From Nitrospirota bacterium (GTDB lineage Bacteria; Nitrospirota; Thermodesulfovibrionia; Thermodesulfovibrionales; Dissulfurispiraceae), in contig JBFMCP010000024.1 in NCBI GenBank assembly GCA_040754455.1, forward strand, positions 1 through 51,227: a DNA stretch of 51,227 nt. The letters run 5' to 3'. A program made the translations under genes and the position numbers. The first letter of the stretch is position 1; each line of letters begins with the position of its first letter. The notes beneath the pieces were generated by a model. The model did not search any database. It was not told the DNA's origin and saw only the letters and a list, made by a program, of their open reading frames with translations. Positions 10,656 through 20,549 of the stretch are shown here, piece by piece.

Positions 10656-11477
10656 TCAGCTCTCCACGGCTTCCTCTTGCTTTCTGCTGAAGAGCGGAGA
10701 TATCCAGATTCCAATCTCATAGAGCAGTATGATGGGGATTGCCATCAATATCTGATTGAACGCATCGGGGGTAGGCGTCAAGAACGCGGCAACAATAAAG
10801 GCGACCAGTACGGCATACTTTCTGTTTCTGGCGAGTCCCTGCGGAGTGACAATGCCCATTTTGGTCAGGAAGATAATGATTATGGGAAGCTCGAAGATCG
10901 CGCCGAAGGCGAGGATAAACTTCAGGCAGAAATCGACATACTGGCCCACCGAGAGCATGGGCATCAAGAAGTCCCCCACTTTATAGGTGAGTAGAAAGCC
11001 CATGGCGAAGGGAAGGACGATGAAAAAGCAGAAGGATGCCCCAAAAAGAAAAAGCCCCGTCGCCATGATAATGAAGGGGAGCACATACTTCTTTTCTTTC
11101 GGAAGGAGCCCAGGGGCGATAAATTTCCAGACCTGGAGAAACACTACCGGCAACGCCAGTATCAACCCGGCAACAAAGGCGACCTTGAGGTTCATCCAGA
11201 AGGCCTCCGCAGGCGCGAGAAAAACCAGCTTGGTGTTCTGGAGCTTGTCCTGGGGAACAAACTGTACAAACTGCTCTTTCACGGAGAAGTCCAGGTTGTA
11301 CTTAAGGGGGAACATGATAAATTTGAAGATATCTTCCGAATAGGCAAAGGCAGCAGAAAAGGTTACCAGTACGGCAATGAGCGAGATAAGGATTCGCTTT
11401 CTCAGTTCCCCCAGATGCTCGGTAAGGGGCAGCTTCTCATCGTCCATGGAACTGTCTGCTCCTTGCGTGGAATACAC
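10656..11477 (-). CDS. tatC: Twin-arginine translocase subunit TatC
   Basis: PLTEHLGELRKR, FLAPAEAF, WKFIAPGL, FELP, LTPTPDAF, LYEIGI. Start may be the ATG at 11447. Confidence 0.96.
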   Translation of the reverse strand: MYSTQGADSSMDDEKLPLTEHLGELRKRILISLIAVLVTFSAAFAYSEDIFKFIMFPLKYNLDFSVKEQFVQFVPQDKLQNTKLVFLAPAEAFWMNLKVAFVAGLILALPVVFLQVWKFIAPGLLPKEKKYVLPFIIMATGLFLFGASFCFFIVLPFAMGFLLTYKVGDFLMPMLSVGQYVDFCLKFILAFGAIFELPIIIIFLTKMGIVTPQGLARNRKYAVLVAFIVAAFLTPTPDAFNQILMAIPIILLYEIGIWISPLFSRKQEEAVES

Positions 11478-11782
11478 TATGCTGTGTCGGGTCGGGTTTG
11501 CTTCGTTTCGTTTTTTTCGGATGGTACATCAGTGCTCGTCATATCCTCTGATTTTTGTTCCGCGTGCGGGCTGTTCGTGCTTGTCTCAATATCCAGAGAG
11601 ACCGGCCTCTTTATTTCGTTGATCTCGGCGTCCATCTGCTCCTTTACACCCTGCATCGCCCTTCTGAGCTCAGCAAGTCCCTTGCCCAATGTTTTCCCGA
11701 GTTCGGGCAGCTTTTTGGGGCCGAAAACAAGGAGCGCCACGATGAATATGACAATAAGTTCCTGGATTCCGAGGTCGAACAT
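11477..11782 (-). CDS. tatB: Twin-arginine translocase TatA/TatB family subunit (probably TatB)
   Basis: MFDLGIQELIVIFIVALLVFGPKKLPELGK, immediately upstream of tatC. Confidence 0.8.
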   Translation of the reverse strand: MFDLGIQELIVIFIVALLVFGPKKLPELGKTLGKGLAELRRAMQGVKEQMDAEINEIKRPVSLDIETSTNSPHAEQKSEDMTSTDVPSEKNETKQTRPDTA

Positions 11783-11811
11783 AGTGCTATTTATTATAAC
11801 ATAGCACTGTA

Positions 11812-12648
11812 CTACTCATAAATTTTCTGGTACTTTTTCTTTTCCTTCGGAAGGATTATGCTCAATGAGAAGATCAGGCGAAAATCGGGGGTCCTGTTCT
11901 TGATGTCGAATCCGGCGCCGATGGTAGTAAAGATATTATCGGCAGTCACAATCCTGTACCCCAGCCGCCACTCCAGGAGGTCGATCTTGTTTCTGGTGAA
12001 ATTCTTCTTTCCGACAAGCTCGGCAAGCACTTTGGAATTATGTGATACTGCCAGTTCAGTTCCGATATTAAGAGTATACTCCTCTCTCAATCCCCGTTTC
12101 TCCGGCCTCGAGTAGAGGCCGTTGATATGCCCTTTGAAAGGGCCTACCTTCTTGGTAAGCACCACTCCTCCGCCAACGCCTCCGTCAATCGTAAATTCGT
12201 CTTTGCCCGAGGGCGGCGACACGGTGAGCATATAGGCAACGGCAGGGATAACCTCACCCTCATCGATAATCCTGTGCTTGATACCGATATGCAGATCCTC
12301 GAGGCCGTCGACGCGGTCTTCCCATTCGATGACATAGGGGAGCGTTATATTGATTTCGAACCTGTCATGCAGACCGTAGGCGAACTGGAAGAGTGTACGG
12401 TAGAAGTCAGGGTCAGAGGATTTCTCGAGACCTACCCCAAAGCCGACTTTGTTCTGTTTGAGGCTTTCGGCGCTGAAGGTCGAAAAGACACCATAGGGAG
12501 AAAGGGGCTGGAGACCTTTGACTTCAAAGGCAGCGGAATACTTCGGGAGCAGGAGGGAGAGAGCAAAAAAGAGCACCGCGAAGCATGTCATCTCCCTTGT
12601 CCCTTTCTTTAGGCTTTTTCCGCTTTTTTTCGGAATAAATCTCCTCAT
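11812..12648 (-). CDS. Putative outer-membrane beta-barrel transporter family protein
   Basis: Signal-peptide-like N-terminus and alternating beta-strand pattern (AYGLHDRFEINITLPY, GLEDLHIGIKHR). Confidence 0.6.
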   Translation of the reverse strand: MRRFIPKKSGKSLKKGTREMTCFAVLFFALSLLLPKYSAAFEVKGLQPLSPYGVFSTFSAESLKQNKVGFGVGLEKSSDPDFYRTLFQFAYGLHDRFEINITLPYVIEWEDRVDGLEDLHIGIKHRIIDEGEVIPAVAYMLTVSPPSGKDEFTIDGGVGGGVVLTKKVGPFKGHINGLYSRPEKRGLREEYTLNIGTELAVSHNSKVLAELVGKKNFTRNKIDLLEWRLGYRIVTADNIFTTIGAGFDIKNRTPDFRLIFSLSIILPKEKKKYQKIYE

Positions 12649-12800
12649 GAATACCTGAGCATAGCAGAAACATTCCTCTATGTCAAATACTACAGAACGT
12701 ACGCGCTAGTGCTGAAGGAGGACGAACCAAAGTAGAAGATAAGGAAGCGCGATCAAGCTTCTTTCCGCCCTCCTCCCCGGTTCATCGCGTACATTCTGTA

Positions 12801-13874
12801 TCAGCACTTCCCGAAGGGGCAGACAGGAAACCGGCATTCAGTACAATTAAGGCAGAGACCTCCATGGCCGAGCTCTGCAAGCTCCTTCCTGCCGATCCGT
12901 TCTCCTGCAAGCAATCGGGGGAGAACAAGATCAAAGACCGTTGTTTTATGGTACATACCGCAGGCAGGGATGCCGATGATAGGAATTCGGGTATCAAAGT
13001 AGGCGGTGAGAAACATTGCACCCGGGAGAACCGCAGAACCGTACGTGATATCAACAGCGCCGAGCCGCTTTATCGCAAACCGTGTAACGTCGTCGGGATC
13101 GACCGACATGCCACCGGTAAGAATGAGCAGGTCGGCACCGGCGGCAAGCAGCTCTCTTATGCGTGACTCTATAACCTGTTCATCGTCAGGCGCATAGTAG
13201 ACGCCGACGATCTCCCCGTTGCATTCCTTTATTTTTCGACTGATAACAGGCGCAAAGGAATCCTGTATCCTTCCGTAATAGACCTCATTGCCCGTAATCA
13301 CAATGCCGGCCTTCGGAGCACGAACTGATTTTACCGATATGACCGCCTCTGCACTGTCTCTCGCAATGGTTACCGCCTCCTCAATGACCATTTTCTTCAT
13401 GACGAGGGGGATTGCCCTCGTTCCTGCAACAACCTGCCCCTTCTTTACGAGGGTGTTGCTGTGCAGGGTCGCACACATGACCTCGCCGAGCATGTTAAAC
13501 CGCGCAAGTGCTTCCTTGTCAACTTTGAGCAAGCCGTCGCGAGCGGCAATAATATTGATCCTGCCCTCTTTTGGCGCTCCGGCGAGGGCGACCCCCTCCC
13601 CTGTCAGGGCCTGCGCCAATGCCTGCGCAGCGTCATCTTCGTGCATTTCATCACCGGCGATCTGCATGACAAAGAGGTTATCTTTTCCGAGCCGCCGGAG
13701 GCGGGGGATATCCTCCTCCCGAACAACATGCCCTTTCTTGAAGGCCCTTCCCTTGAATTCACTGCTGCGTATCTCGGTAATATCGTGTGCCAGCACCATA
13801 CCCACCGCTTCAGTTACCGGAACCGTTCTGACACCTGCTCTGCTCTTCACGCCGTCGCGTAGTGTATCACACAT
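12801..13874 (-). CDS. Molybdopterin-binding protein (MoeA-related)
   Basis: AVGMVLAHDITEI, TGNEVYYGRIQD, TGGMSVDPDD, PGAMF, C-terminal GGLCLNCTECRFPVCPFGK. Confidence 0.88.
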   Translation of the reverse strand: MCDTLRDGVKSRAGVRTVPVTEAVGMVLAHDITEIRSSEFKGRAFKKGHVVREEDIPRLRRLGKDNLFVMQIAGDEMHEDDAAQALAQALTGEGVALAGAPKEGRINIIAARDGLLKVDKEALARFNMLGEVMCATLHSNTLVKKGQVVAGTRAIPLVMKKMVIEEAVTIARDSAEAVISVKSVRAPKAGIVITGNEVYYGRIQDSFAPVISRKIKECNGEIVGVYYAPDDEQVIESRIRELLAAGADLLILTGGMSVDPDDVTRFAIKRLGAVDITYGSAVLPGAMFLTAYFDTRIPIIGIPACGMYHKTTVFDLVLPRLLAGERIGRKELAELGHGGLCLNCTECRFPVCPFGKC

Positions 13875-13886
13875 AATCAGGCCTCC

Positions 13887-14231
13887 TTACCGTGTTAAAA
13901 ATGGAAAGAAAATTTCTTGAAATCTTGTATCGACAATCTCACGTATGCCCTCTTCCATAAGCTCGTATTTCTTCAGAAATGCTCTGGCGTCTTCGGTAAG
14001 CGCAGCGCCGCCGCCGTTTTTTCCTCCGCTCTGCCGCTCAACAAGCTTTATTCCGAGCCGGTCCTCCATGGCCTTGATGTAGCTCCAGGCCTTTCGATAA
14101 GAGATATTGATCTCCCGCGCAGCCTGATTGATCGATCCGTACTTGTCGATCGCATGCAGAAGAAAGCATCTCCCCCTGCCGAAGACAGGTTCTCCATCGA
14201 TCTCAATCCACAGCTTGGACTTTATCTCCAT
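13887..14231 (-). CDS. modE: ModE-family winged-helix regulator (N-terminal domain only)
   Basis: FGRGR...GSINQAAREINISYRKAW...LVERQSGGKNGGGA. No TOBE/molybdate-binding domains. Confidence 0.88.
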   Translation of the reverse strand: MEIKSKLWIEIDGEPVFGRGRCFLLHAIDKYGSINQAAREINISYRKAWSYIKAMEDRLGIKLVERQSGGKNGGGAALTEDARAFLKKYELMEEGIREIVDTRFQEIFFPFLTR

Positions 14232-14260
14232 AGTATCACCTCATACTTTCACGGCACTCT

Positions 14261-14283
14261 CGCTATGACATTTTTGCATAGCG
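14261..14283. promoter_or_regulatory. Putative ModE operator
   Basis: Palindrome CGCTATG-N9-CATAGCG about 30 bp upstream of the modE start, resembling the CGNTAT...ATANCG ModE box. Confidence 0.7.
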
Positions 14284-14297
14284 CTCGGCAAAAAAAA

Positions 14298-14903
14298 TCA
14301 TTTCCCTGCCGTGTTGTTCTTCATTACATAGTAGCTCGCATGAGCGCATGCCCGACAGAGCACCTTGCCATTTTGGACAATTTCTCTCATATCCTGCACA
14401 TACTCTCCACATTGTTCGCAGGCGATGCGCCTGAGCGGCCTCCCCGGCATGTCCTCCGGCTTTATCTGCACGACTACTTCCATTATATCAAAAAGCTCCT
14501 CGTCAGCCATTATTTTATATGCTTCGAGCTGTGCTGTATATTTGTCTTCAATATCAGGACAATAGGCCCGCGCGTCTTCGCGTGCCTTTTCCCTTGCCAC
14601 GACCCTCATTGCCTTGCCGGTTCTGAGATTCAAAAAGGTCGCCGCCATTTTACCATAATCCATGAATTTCATGGTCCGGTGTCCGAGACTGCATCCCGTC
14701 ACCGATTGCACGGCATCCGTTGCGCACCGGTCCATTTCGACAAAGACCATAAGGCTCTTCCGGTCTTTACCTCGGGGCTCTTCAATGCCGATTTCCTTGA
14801 GACCGAGTACCGCCATTCTCACCCCGAGTACCTGGCCCGGACAGAGGTGCCCGTGAACCTTGACCGATTCCTGGAGCAGACTCTCAAAATCATACATGCC
14901 CAT
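14298..14903 (-). CDS. FmdE-family protein with C-terminal zinc finger
   Basis: HGHLCPGQVLGVRM, FVEMDRCATDAV, DYGKMAATF, CEQCGE...CRAC. Confidence 0.9.
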   Translation of the reverse strand: MGMYDFESLLQESVKVHGHLCPGQVLGVRMAVLGLKEIGIEEPRGKDRKSLMVFVEMDRCATDAVQSVTGCSLGHRTMKFMDYGKMAATFLNLRTGKAMRVVAREKAREDARAYCPDIEDKYTAQLEAYKIMADEELFDIMEVVVQIKPEDMPGRPLRRIACEQCGEYVQDMREIVQNGKVLCRACAHASYYVMKNNTAGK

Positions 14904-14965
14904 TGCTCATTACCTTAGTTAAGTATACACCAGATCACCTGTAAATATACTGTTAATTTAGAGGC

Positions 14966-17900
14966 TTACTTCACCGCCGCATGGTATTCACGGAGCGATT
15001 TGATGCTCAGCTCTTTTTTCAACAGCATCTCTATAGCCCGCACGACCGCCCGCGCACCGGAAATAGTGGTGGTATAGGGCACCTTGAATTGCAATGCACT
15101 CCTCCGGATCGAGAGCGAATCCCGCTGCGCCTGTGCACCGGTCACGGTATTGATAATGAAGCTCGCCTCACGGTTCTTGATCAGGTCAACAATGTGGGGG
15201 CGCCCCTCCATCACCTTGTTCGTGACATCCACGGTGATGCCCTGCTCGGCAAGGTATTTCGCGGTCCCCCGGGTTGCGATGAGCTGGAATCCAAGACCGG
15301 TGAGCTTTCTTGCTATCTCCACGGTATGCGGTTTGTCCTTGTCCTTTACGCTCAGGACGATCTTCCCCGAAGTGGGTATCTTGTTATTGCTGGCGGCCTG
15401 CGCCTTCGCATAGGCGCGGCCAAAGTCTTCGTCGATCCCCATGACCTCGCCCGTCGATTTCATTTCAGGGCCGAGAATGGTATCGACCCCCGGGAACCGG
15501 TCGAACGGAAAGACCGCCTCTTTAACTGCGACATGCTTTATTTCCCGCTCTTTGGTCAAGCCGAGTTCCTTCAGTGTTTTCCCGAGCATGACCTTTGCCG
15601 CGAGCTTTGCAAGGGGTACGCCCGTTGCCTTGCTCACGTACGGGATTGTCCGGGAGCCGCGGGGGTTCACCTCGAGGATATAGATTTCCTCACCTTTCAC
15701 TGCGAACTGGATATTCATCAGCCCCTTTACCTTGAGCTCCTTGGCCAAGGCCTTTGTCTGCCGCTTGATCTCCTCGACGACCGCCGGTGCAAGTGAATAG
15801 GGAGGGATCGAGCACGCAGAATCACCAGAATGGATGCCGGCCTCTTCTATGTGCTCCATAACCCCTCCGATAATGACGTCAGTGCCGTCGGCAATCGCAT
15901 CAACATCGACTTCGATAGCATCTTCGAGGTATTTATCAACGAGGATCGGGTGCTCGGGCGATGCCTTGACCGCCCGCTCCATATAATCAGTGAGGGAGTT
16001 CTCATCATAGACGATCTCCATTGCCCTGCCGCCGAGGACATAGGACGGCCGCACCATTACCGGATAACCTATTTTATTGGCTATGGCAACCGCGGTCTCG
16101 CAGGACATTGCGGTATCACTTTCAGCCTGCTTGAGGTTCAGTTTGTGGAGCAGTTCCTTGAACCGCCTTCTGTCTTCGGCACGGTCGATGGAGTCGGGCG
16201 AAGTGCCGAGGATCGTGACGCCTTCCTTCTCAAGCGGCACCGCGAGCTTCAGCGGTGTCTGACCGCCGAACTGGACGATCACTCCCTTTGGCTTCTCTTT
16301 ATCGACAATGCTCAAGACATCCTCAATGGTAAGCGGCTCGAAATAGAGCCGGTCCGCCGTATCGTAATCGGTACTGACGGTTTCGGGATTGCAGTTGACC
16401 ATGATCGTTTCGTAACCGAGTTCTTTAAGGGCGAATACGGCGTGAACGCAGCAGTAGTCGAACTCTATGCCCTGCCCTATTCTATTAGGACCTGACCCCA
16501 GGATAACCACCTTCTCCCGATCAGTAGGCTTCGCTTCGCATTCAACGGCGGGACTCGGATTCCTTTCCTGTGTTCTGTCTTCTGTGTTCCATATTTTGTA
16601 GAATGGTTTCTCGTATGTTGAATAGAGATATGGCGTGTAGGCCTCGAACTCGGCGGCGCAGGTATCGACCAGTTTGTACGCCGGCGTTATGCCGAAGGAT
16701 TTCCTCAAGTCCCTGATCTCCTTCTCCGTTGACCCGATGAGTGCCGCAATGCGCTTATCTGAAAATCCGTATTCTTTGGCCTCTCTCAATAAAGCAGGGG
16801 CGTGTTTCTCATCCTTTTGACCACTGACCGATGACCACTGACCTTTTATCTTTTCCTCCATCTCGATGATCTGTCTCATGTTGTTCAGGAACCATGGATC
16901 GATCCAGGTCAGCGAATAGATCTCATCAATGCCGATGCCCTGCCGCAACGCTTGAGCAATGTACCAGATCCTCTCAGCATTCGGTGTCTTTAATCGTGCC
17001 CGTATTTCCTCAAGACCTGTTTCGAGCGGTTCGAGTCCTGCAGACCCGATTTCAAGGCTCCGCAGTGCCTTCTGCAGGGATTCCTTGAAGGTCCTCCCGA
17101 TCGACATCACCTCGCCAACCGACTTCATCTGGGTTGTCAGCGTTGCGTCGGCCTCAGGAAACTTCTCGAAGGCGAAGCGCGGGATTTTCGTCACTACGTA
17201 GTCGATCGTGGGCTCGAACGATGCAGGCGTCTCACGGGTAATATCGTTCTTGATTTCATCGAGGGTATAGCCGACGGCGAGTTTTGCCGCGATCTTCGCG
17301 ATGGGGAAGCCCGTCGCTTTGCTGGCAAGGGCGGAGCTCCGCGACACCCTCGGATTCATTTCAATGACAATCATCCTGCCGTTCTGCGGATTAACCGCAA
17401 ACTGAATATTGGAACCCCCGGTATCGACACCGATTTCACGGATGATGGCGATAGCAGCGTCACGCATCCTCTGGTATTCTTTGTCGGTGAGGGTCTGTGC
17501 AGGGGCAACGGTGATCGAATCACCGGTATGGATTCCCATGGGGTCGAAGTTTTCGATGGAGCATATGATAACAACGTTGTCCCTCATGTCCCTCATGACT
17601 TCCAGCTCGTATTCTTTCCATCCGAGGGCCGATTCTTCCACAAGCACCTGGCTGACAGGACTCAGTTTCAGACCTTTTTCGAGCAGTTCGCGGTACTCCT
17701 CGATGTTATAGGCGATGCCTCCTCCCGTGCCGCCCAGCGTGAACGCAGGCCTGAGGATCGCGGGGAAGCCGATGTGCTCGATGATGTCGAGGCCGTCTTT
17801 GAGGGTGGTGATCGCCGCACTCTTGGGCACATCGAGGCCGAGGTTTCTCATCGCCGCCTTGAAGAGCTCTCTGTCCTCCGCCTTCTTGATGGCCGGGAGC

Positions 17901-18259
17901 TTCGCGCCTATCAGCTCCACACCGTATTTGTCGAGGATACCGGACTCCGACAATTCAACCGCCAGGTTCAGTGCGGTCTGGCCGCCCATGGTCGGCAGCA
18001 GCACATCAGGGCGCTCTTTCTTGATGATCATTTCGAGAATCTCAACCGACAGCGGCTCAACGTACACGGCATCGGCTGTCTCCGGATCGGTCATGATCGT
18101 AGCAGGGTTCGAATTTACGAGTACCACAGTGTACCCTTCTTCGCGCAGCGCCTTGCATGCCTGCGTGCCAGAATAGTCGAATTCGCAGGCCTGGCCTATG
18201 ACGATGGGTCCGGAGCCGATCAATAGAATTTTTTTGATATCAGTCCTCTTTGGCATCAT
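14966..18259 (-). CDS. carB: Carbamoyl-phosphate synthase large subunit
   Basis: [30 protein letters not shown], duplicated ATP-grasp domains, MGS C-terminus. Confidence 0.98.
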   Translation of the reverse strand: MMPKRTDIKKILLIGSGPIVIGQACEFDYSGTQACKALREEGYTVVLVNSNPATIMTDPETADAVYVEPLSVEILEMIIKKERPDVLLPTMGGQTALNLAVELSESGILDKYGVELIGAKLPAIKKAEDRELFKAAMRNLGLDVPKSAAITTLKDGLDIIEHIGFPAILRPAFTLGGTGGGIAYNIEEYRELLEKGLKLSPVSQVLVEESALGWKEYELEVMRDMRDNVVIICSIENFDPMGIHTGDSITVAPAQTLTDKEYQRMRDAAIAIIREIGVDTGGSNIQFAVNPQNGRMIVIEMNPRVSRSSALASKATGFPIAKIAAKLAVGYTLDEIKNDITRETPASFEPTIDYVVTKIPRFAFEKFPEADATLTTQMKSVGEVMSIGRTFKESLQKALRSLEIGSAGLEPLETGLEEIRARLKTPNAERIWYIAQALRQGIGIDEIYSLTWIDPWFLNNMRQIIEMEEKIKGQWSSVSGQKDEKHAPALLREAKEYGFSDKRIAALIGSTEKEIRDLRKSFGITPAYKLVDTCAAEFEAYTPYLYSTYEKPFYKIWNTEDRTQERNPSPAVECEAKPTDREKVVILGSGPNRIGQGIEFDYCCVHAVFALKELGYETIMVNCNPETVSTDYDTADRLYFEPLTIEDVLSIVDKEKPKGVIVQFGGQTPLKLAVPLEKEGVTILGTSPDSIDRAEDRRRFKELLHKLNLKQAESDTAMSCETAVAIANKIGYPVMVRPSYVLGGRAMEIVYDENSLTDYMERAVKASPEHPILVDKYLEDAIEVDVDAIADGTDVIIGGVMEHIEEAGIHSGDSACSIPPYSLAPAVVEEIKRQTKALAKELKVKGLMNIQFAVKGEEIYILEVNPRGSRTIPYVSKATGVPLAKLAAKVMLGKTLKELGLTKEREIKHVAVKEAVFPFDRFPGVDTILGPEMKSTGEVMGIDEDFGRAYAKAQAASNNKIPTSGKIVLSVKDKDKPHTVEIARKLTGLGFQLIATRGTAKYLAEQGITVDVTNKVMEGRPHIVDLIKNREASFIINTVTGAQAQRDSLSIRRSALQFKVPYTTTISGARAVVRAIEMLLKKELSIKSLREYHAAVK
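16569..16589. repeat. Heptamer tandem repeat inside carB
   Basis: TGTGTTC TGTCTTC TGTGTTC; encodes part of the NTEDRTQ insertion. Confidence 0.6.
16816..16843. repeat. Heptamer tandem repeat inside carB
   Basis: TTTGACC ACTGACC GATGACC ACTGACC; encodes GQWSSVSGQ. Confidence 0.75.
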
Positions 18260-18861
18260 TCCCTCTCTATAAAATGGTTTATCGTATGTGCAATATCATC
18301 AGCTTCCCCCGGCGCTCCGGAAGAGAATATCGTTATGCTTCTGCCGTCCCTGAACTCCAGCTCTACCGTGTGGAATTCGGCGGTGGTGCCAAAGTCGGGG
18401 ATCACGGTGCCGTGCTGAAGGGCGATCTTTTCGACGAGCTGTATACCATCGGGGTTGGCAGGGGTCTCAGTAGTGTAGCCCTGCCGTATCTTCTCCAGTT
18501 CATGCAACGTTGCAACAAACGCTCTCCTGCCGATTGCCCTCTTTACTGTTATACCGATCTTCTTTGTTTTCTTGTCAATAACAAGCTGCAGGACAGGCTC
18601 ACGGAAAAGATAGGTACGGAAGGCAAGGAAGAGTATGGCGAACAGAGGAAGCATTGCAATATAGTGAATAACGGTCACGGAAACGTTCGAGGCAAAAAAA
18701 AATCCCAGAGCTATAATGCATGCCCCGGCCGCAAGGCTCGAAGCGAGCTCCCGGTTATAGATACCACTGTGGAGCACGCTCCCCTTCTCGGCCTTGAAGG
18801 AGGTGGTGCTGAACATGAGTCTGTTATTTTCTACTTTTATAAAATAATCTTTACTCATCAC
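18256..18861 (-). CDS. Hypothetical membrane protein
   Basis: 201 aa with two predicted TM helices, overlapping the carB start within the operon. Confidence 0.7.
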   Translation of the reverse strand: MMSKDYFIKVENNRLMFSTTSFKAEKGSVLHSGIYNRELASSLAAGACIIALGFFFASNVSVTVIHYIAMLPLFAILFLAFRTYLFREPVLQLVIDKKTKKIGITVKRAIGRRAFVATLHELEKIRQGYTTETPANPDGIQLVEKIALQHGTVIPDFGTTAEFHTVELEFRDGRSITIFSSGAPGEADDIAHTINHFIERE

Positions 18862-18871
18862 TCACTACTCA

Positions 18872-19408
18872 TTACGCTTGACGATCCTTAAAATAGACCA
18901 TCCTACCGCCGCTCAAATGAAAGGGTACCGCTGCCGCTTCTGTCCATGCCCCTTTCTTGAAATACCTATCATCGGCATAGGCGGCGAGCACGGAGCCGAA
19001 AAAGGCATAGCACTCGCCTGCCTCAACGGTCTTCCAGAGCTTGCATTCAAGATACCCGATACACCCCTCGACCACCGGCGGCTTTACCTTCAGCGACTGG
19101 TGATAGGTAATCCCCGCTTTTTTGAACTTATCCGCATCCCGCCCCGAGAGTTTACCGCATATCCACAATGCCTTCAGGAGTTTTTCCGAAGGTATATTGA
19201 TCACAAAGGCCCTCGTTTGCCTGATGAGCTCGGCCGTGTAGCTCTCCCTGGCGACGCACACTGTAACGAGGGGAGGCTCTTCGCTTACTGGCGTAGCCCA
19301 GGCACATGCCATGACATTAGGAACGCCGCTCCTGCTGATGCTCGTAAGGAAAAAGGTCATCTTGGGATGGAGCAGATGGTAGATGTCGGCAGTAACTTCT
19401 CTCAGCAT
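18872..19408 (-). CDS. Flavin reductase family protein
   Basis: PNVMACAW, PPLV, FVINIP, CGKLSGRDADKF, LECK motifs. Confidence 0.88.
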   Translation of the reverse strand: MLREVTADIYHLLHPKMTFFLTSISRSGVPNVMACAWATPVSEEPPLVTVCVARESYTAELIRQTRAFVINIPSEKLLKALWICGKLSGRDADKFKKAGITYHQSLKVKPPVVEGCIGYLECKLWKTVEAGECYAFFGSVLAAYADDRYFKKGAWTEAAAVPFHLSGGRMVYFKDRQA

Positions 19409-20520
19409 GCCCTGCCCTGTATCATTTCGCTGAACCGCCTGAACAGATGCGCCGAGTCATTGGGGCCGGGACCTGCTTCGGGATGGTGCTGGACCGAGAA
19501 GATGGGCAGCTCCGCATGCTGCATTCCCTCTTCGGTGCCATCGTAAAGATTCCTGTGCGTCAGGGTTGCCTGTCCTTTAAGGCTGTGGATGTCAACGCAG
19601 TAGTTGTGGTTCTGGGAGGTTATCTCCACCCTGCCGGTCTGAAGGTCTTTCACCGGGTGATTGCCGCCGTGGTGCCCGAACTTCAGCTTGTATGTCTTTC
19701 CGCCCATGGCAAGCCCGAGTATCTGATGTCCGAGACAGATGCCAAGGAGCGGCTTTTTGCCTATCAGTTTTTTCGCATTCTCGATGCCGTAGGTGACAGC
19801 CTCGGGGTCGCCAGGACCGTTGCTCAGCACAATGCCGTCGGGATTCATGTCGAGCACGGCTTCTGAAGGCGTCCGCGCAGGAACCACCGTTACATCGAAG
19901 CCGGCTTCGACCAGGTTTCTCAGGATATTGAATTTAACGCCGAAATCATAGACCACAACCTTCAGAGGAGCCTTGTTCTTTTCAACAACACACCATTTCC
20001 AGCAGCCCTCATTCCATTGGTAGGGCGCGCCGGTGGTAACCTCTTTTACAAGATCGAAAGTCGAAATGCCCGGATAGGTCCTTACCTTCCTGTAAAGGCT
20101 CCGGGGGTCCAGATCGGTGGTCGAGATTATCCCCGGCTGTGCGCCGTTGTTTCTCAGATGGCGCGTCAGCGCCCTCGTATCGACACCCTCGATGCCGACA
20201 ATTGAACCATCTTTGAGATATTCGCCGAGCGACTGCCCGGACCGCCAGTTGCTTGGATAATCGAGGTATTCCTTTACGATAAACCCCTCGACCTTGGGAC
20301 CGCCCTTCGACTCTATATCTTCTTTATTCACGCCGTAGTTTCCCATCTGTGTATAGGTCATCGTAACGATCTGGCCTTTATAGGAAGCATCGGTGATGAT
20401 CTCCTGGTAGCCTGTCATAGAGGTGTTGAAGACCACCTCTCCGACGGTTTCGCCGGCAGCACCGAAGCTTTTCCCCTCAAAAACCGTTCCGTCAAACAAC
20501 ACCAGCAATGCTGTACTCAT
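19402..20520 (-). CDS. carA: Carbamoyl-phosphate synthase small subunit
   Basis: GEVVFNTSMTGYQE, SNGPGDP, GICLGHQ, QHHPEAGPGP. Start set at MSTALL, after GGAGGG. Confidence 0.97.
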   Translation of the reverse strand: MSTALLVLFDGTVFEGKSFGAAGETVGEVVFNTSMTGYQEIITDASYKGQIVTMTYTQMGNYGVNKEDIESKGGPKVEGFIVKEYLDYPSNWRSGQSLGEYLKDGSIVGIEGVDTRALTRHLRNNGAQPGIISTTDLDPRSLYRKVRTYPGISTFDLVKEVTTGAPYQWNEGCWKWCVVEKNKAPLKVVVYDFGVKFNILRNLVEAGFDVTVVPARTPSEAVLDMNPDGIVLSNGPGDPEAVTYGIENAKKLIGKKPLLGICLGHQILGLAMGGKTYKLKFGHHGGNHPVKDLQTGRVEITSQNHNYCVDIHSLKGQATLTHRNLYDGTEEGMQHAELPIFSVQHHPEAGPGPNDSAHLFRRFSEMIQGRAC

Positions 20521-20549
20521 CCACCCTCCCGACCTTTTATGCATGAATT

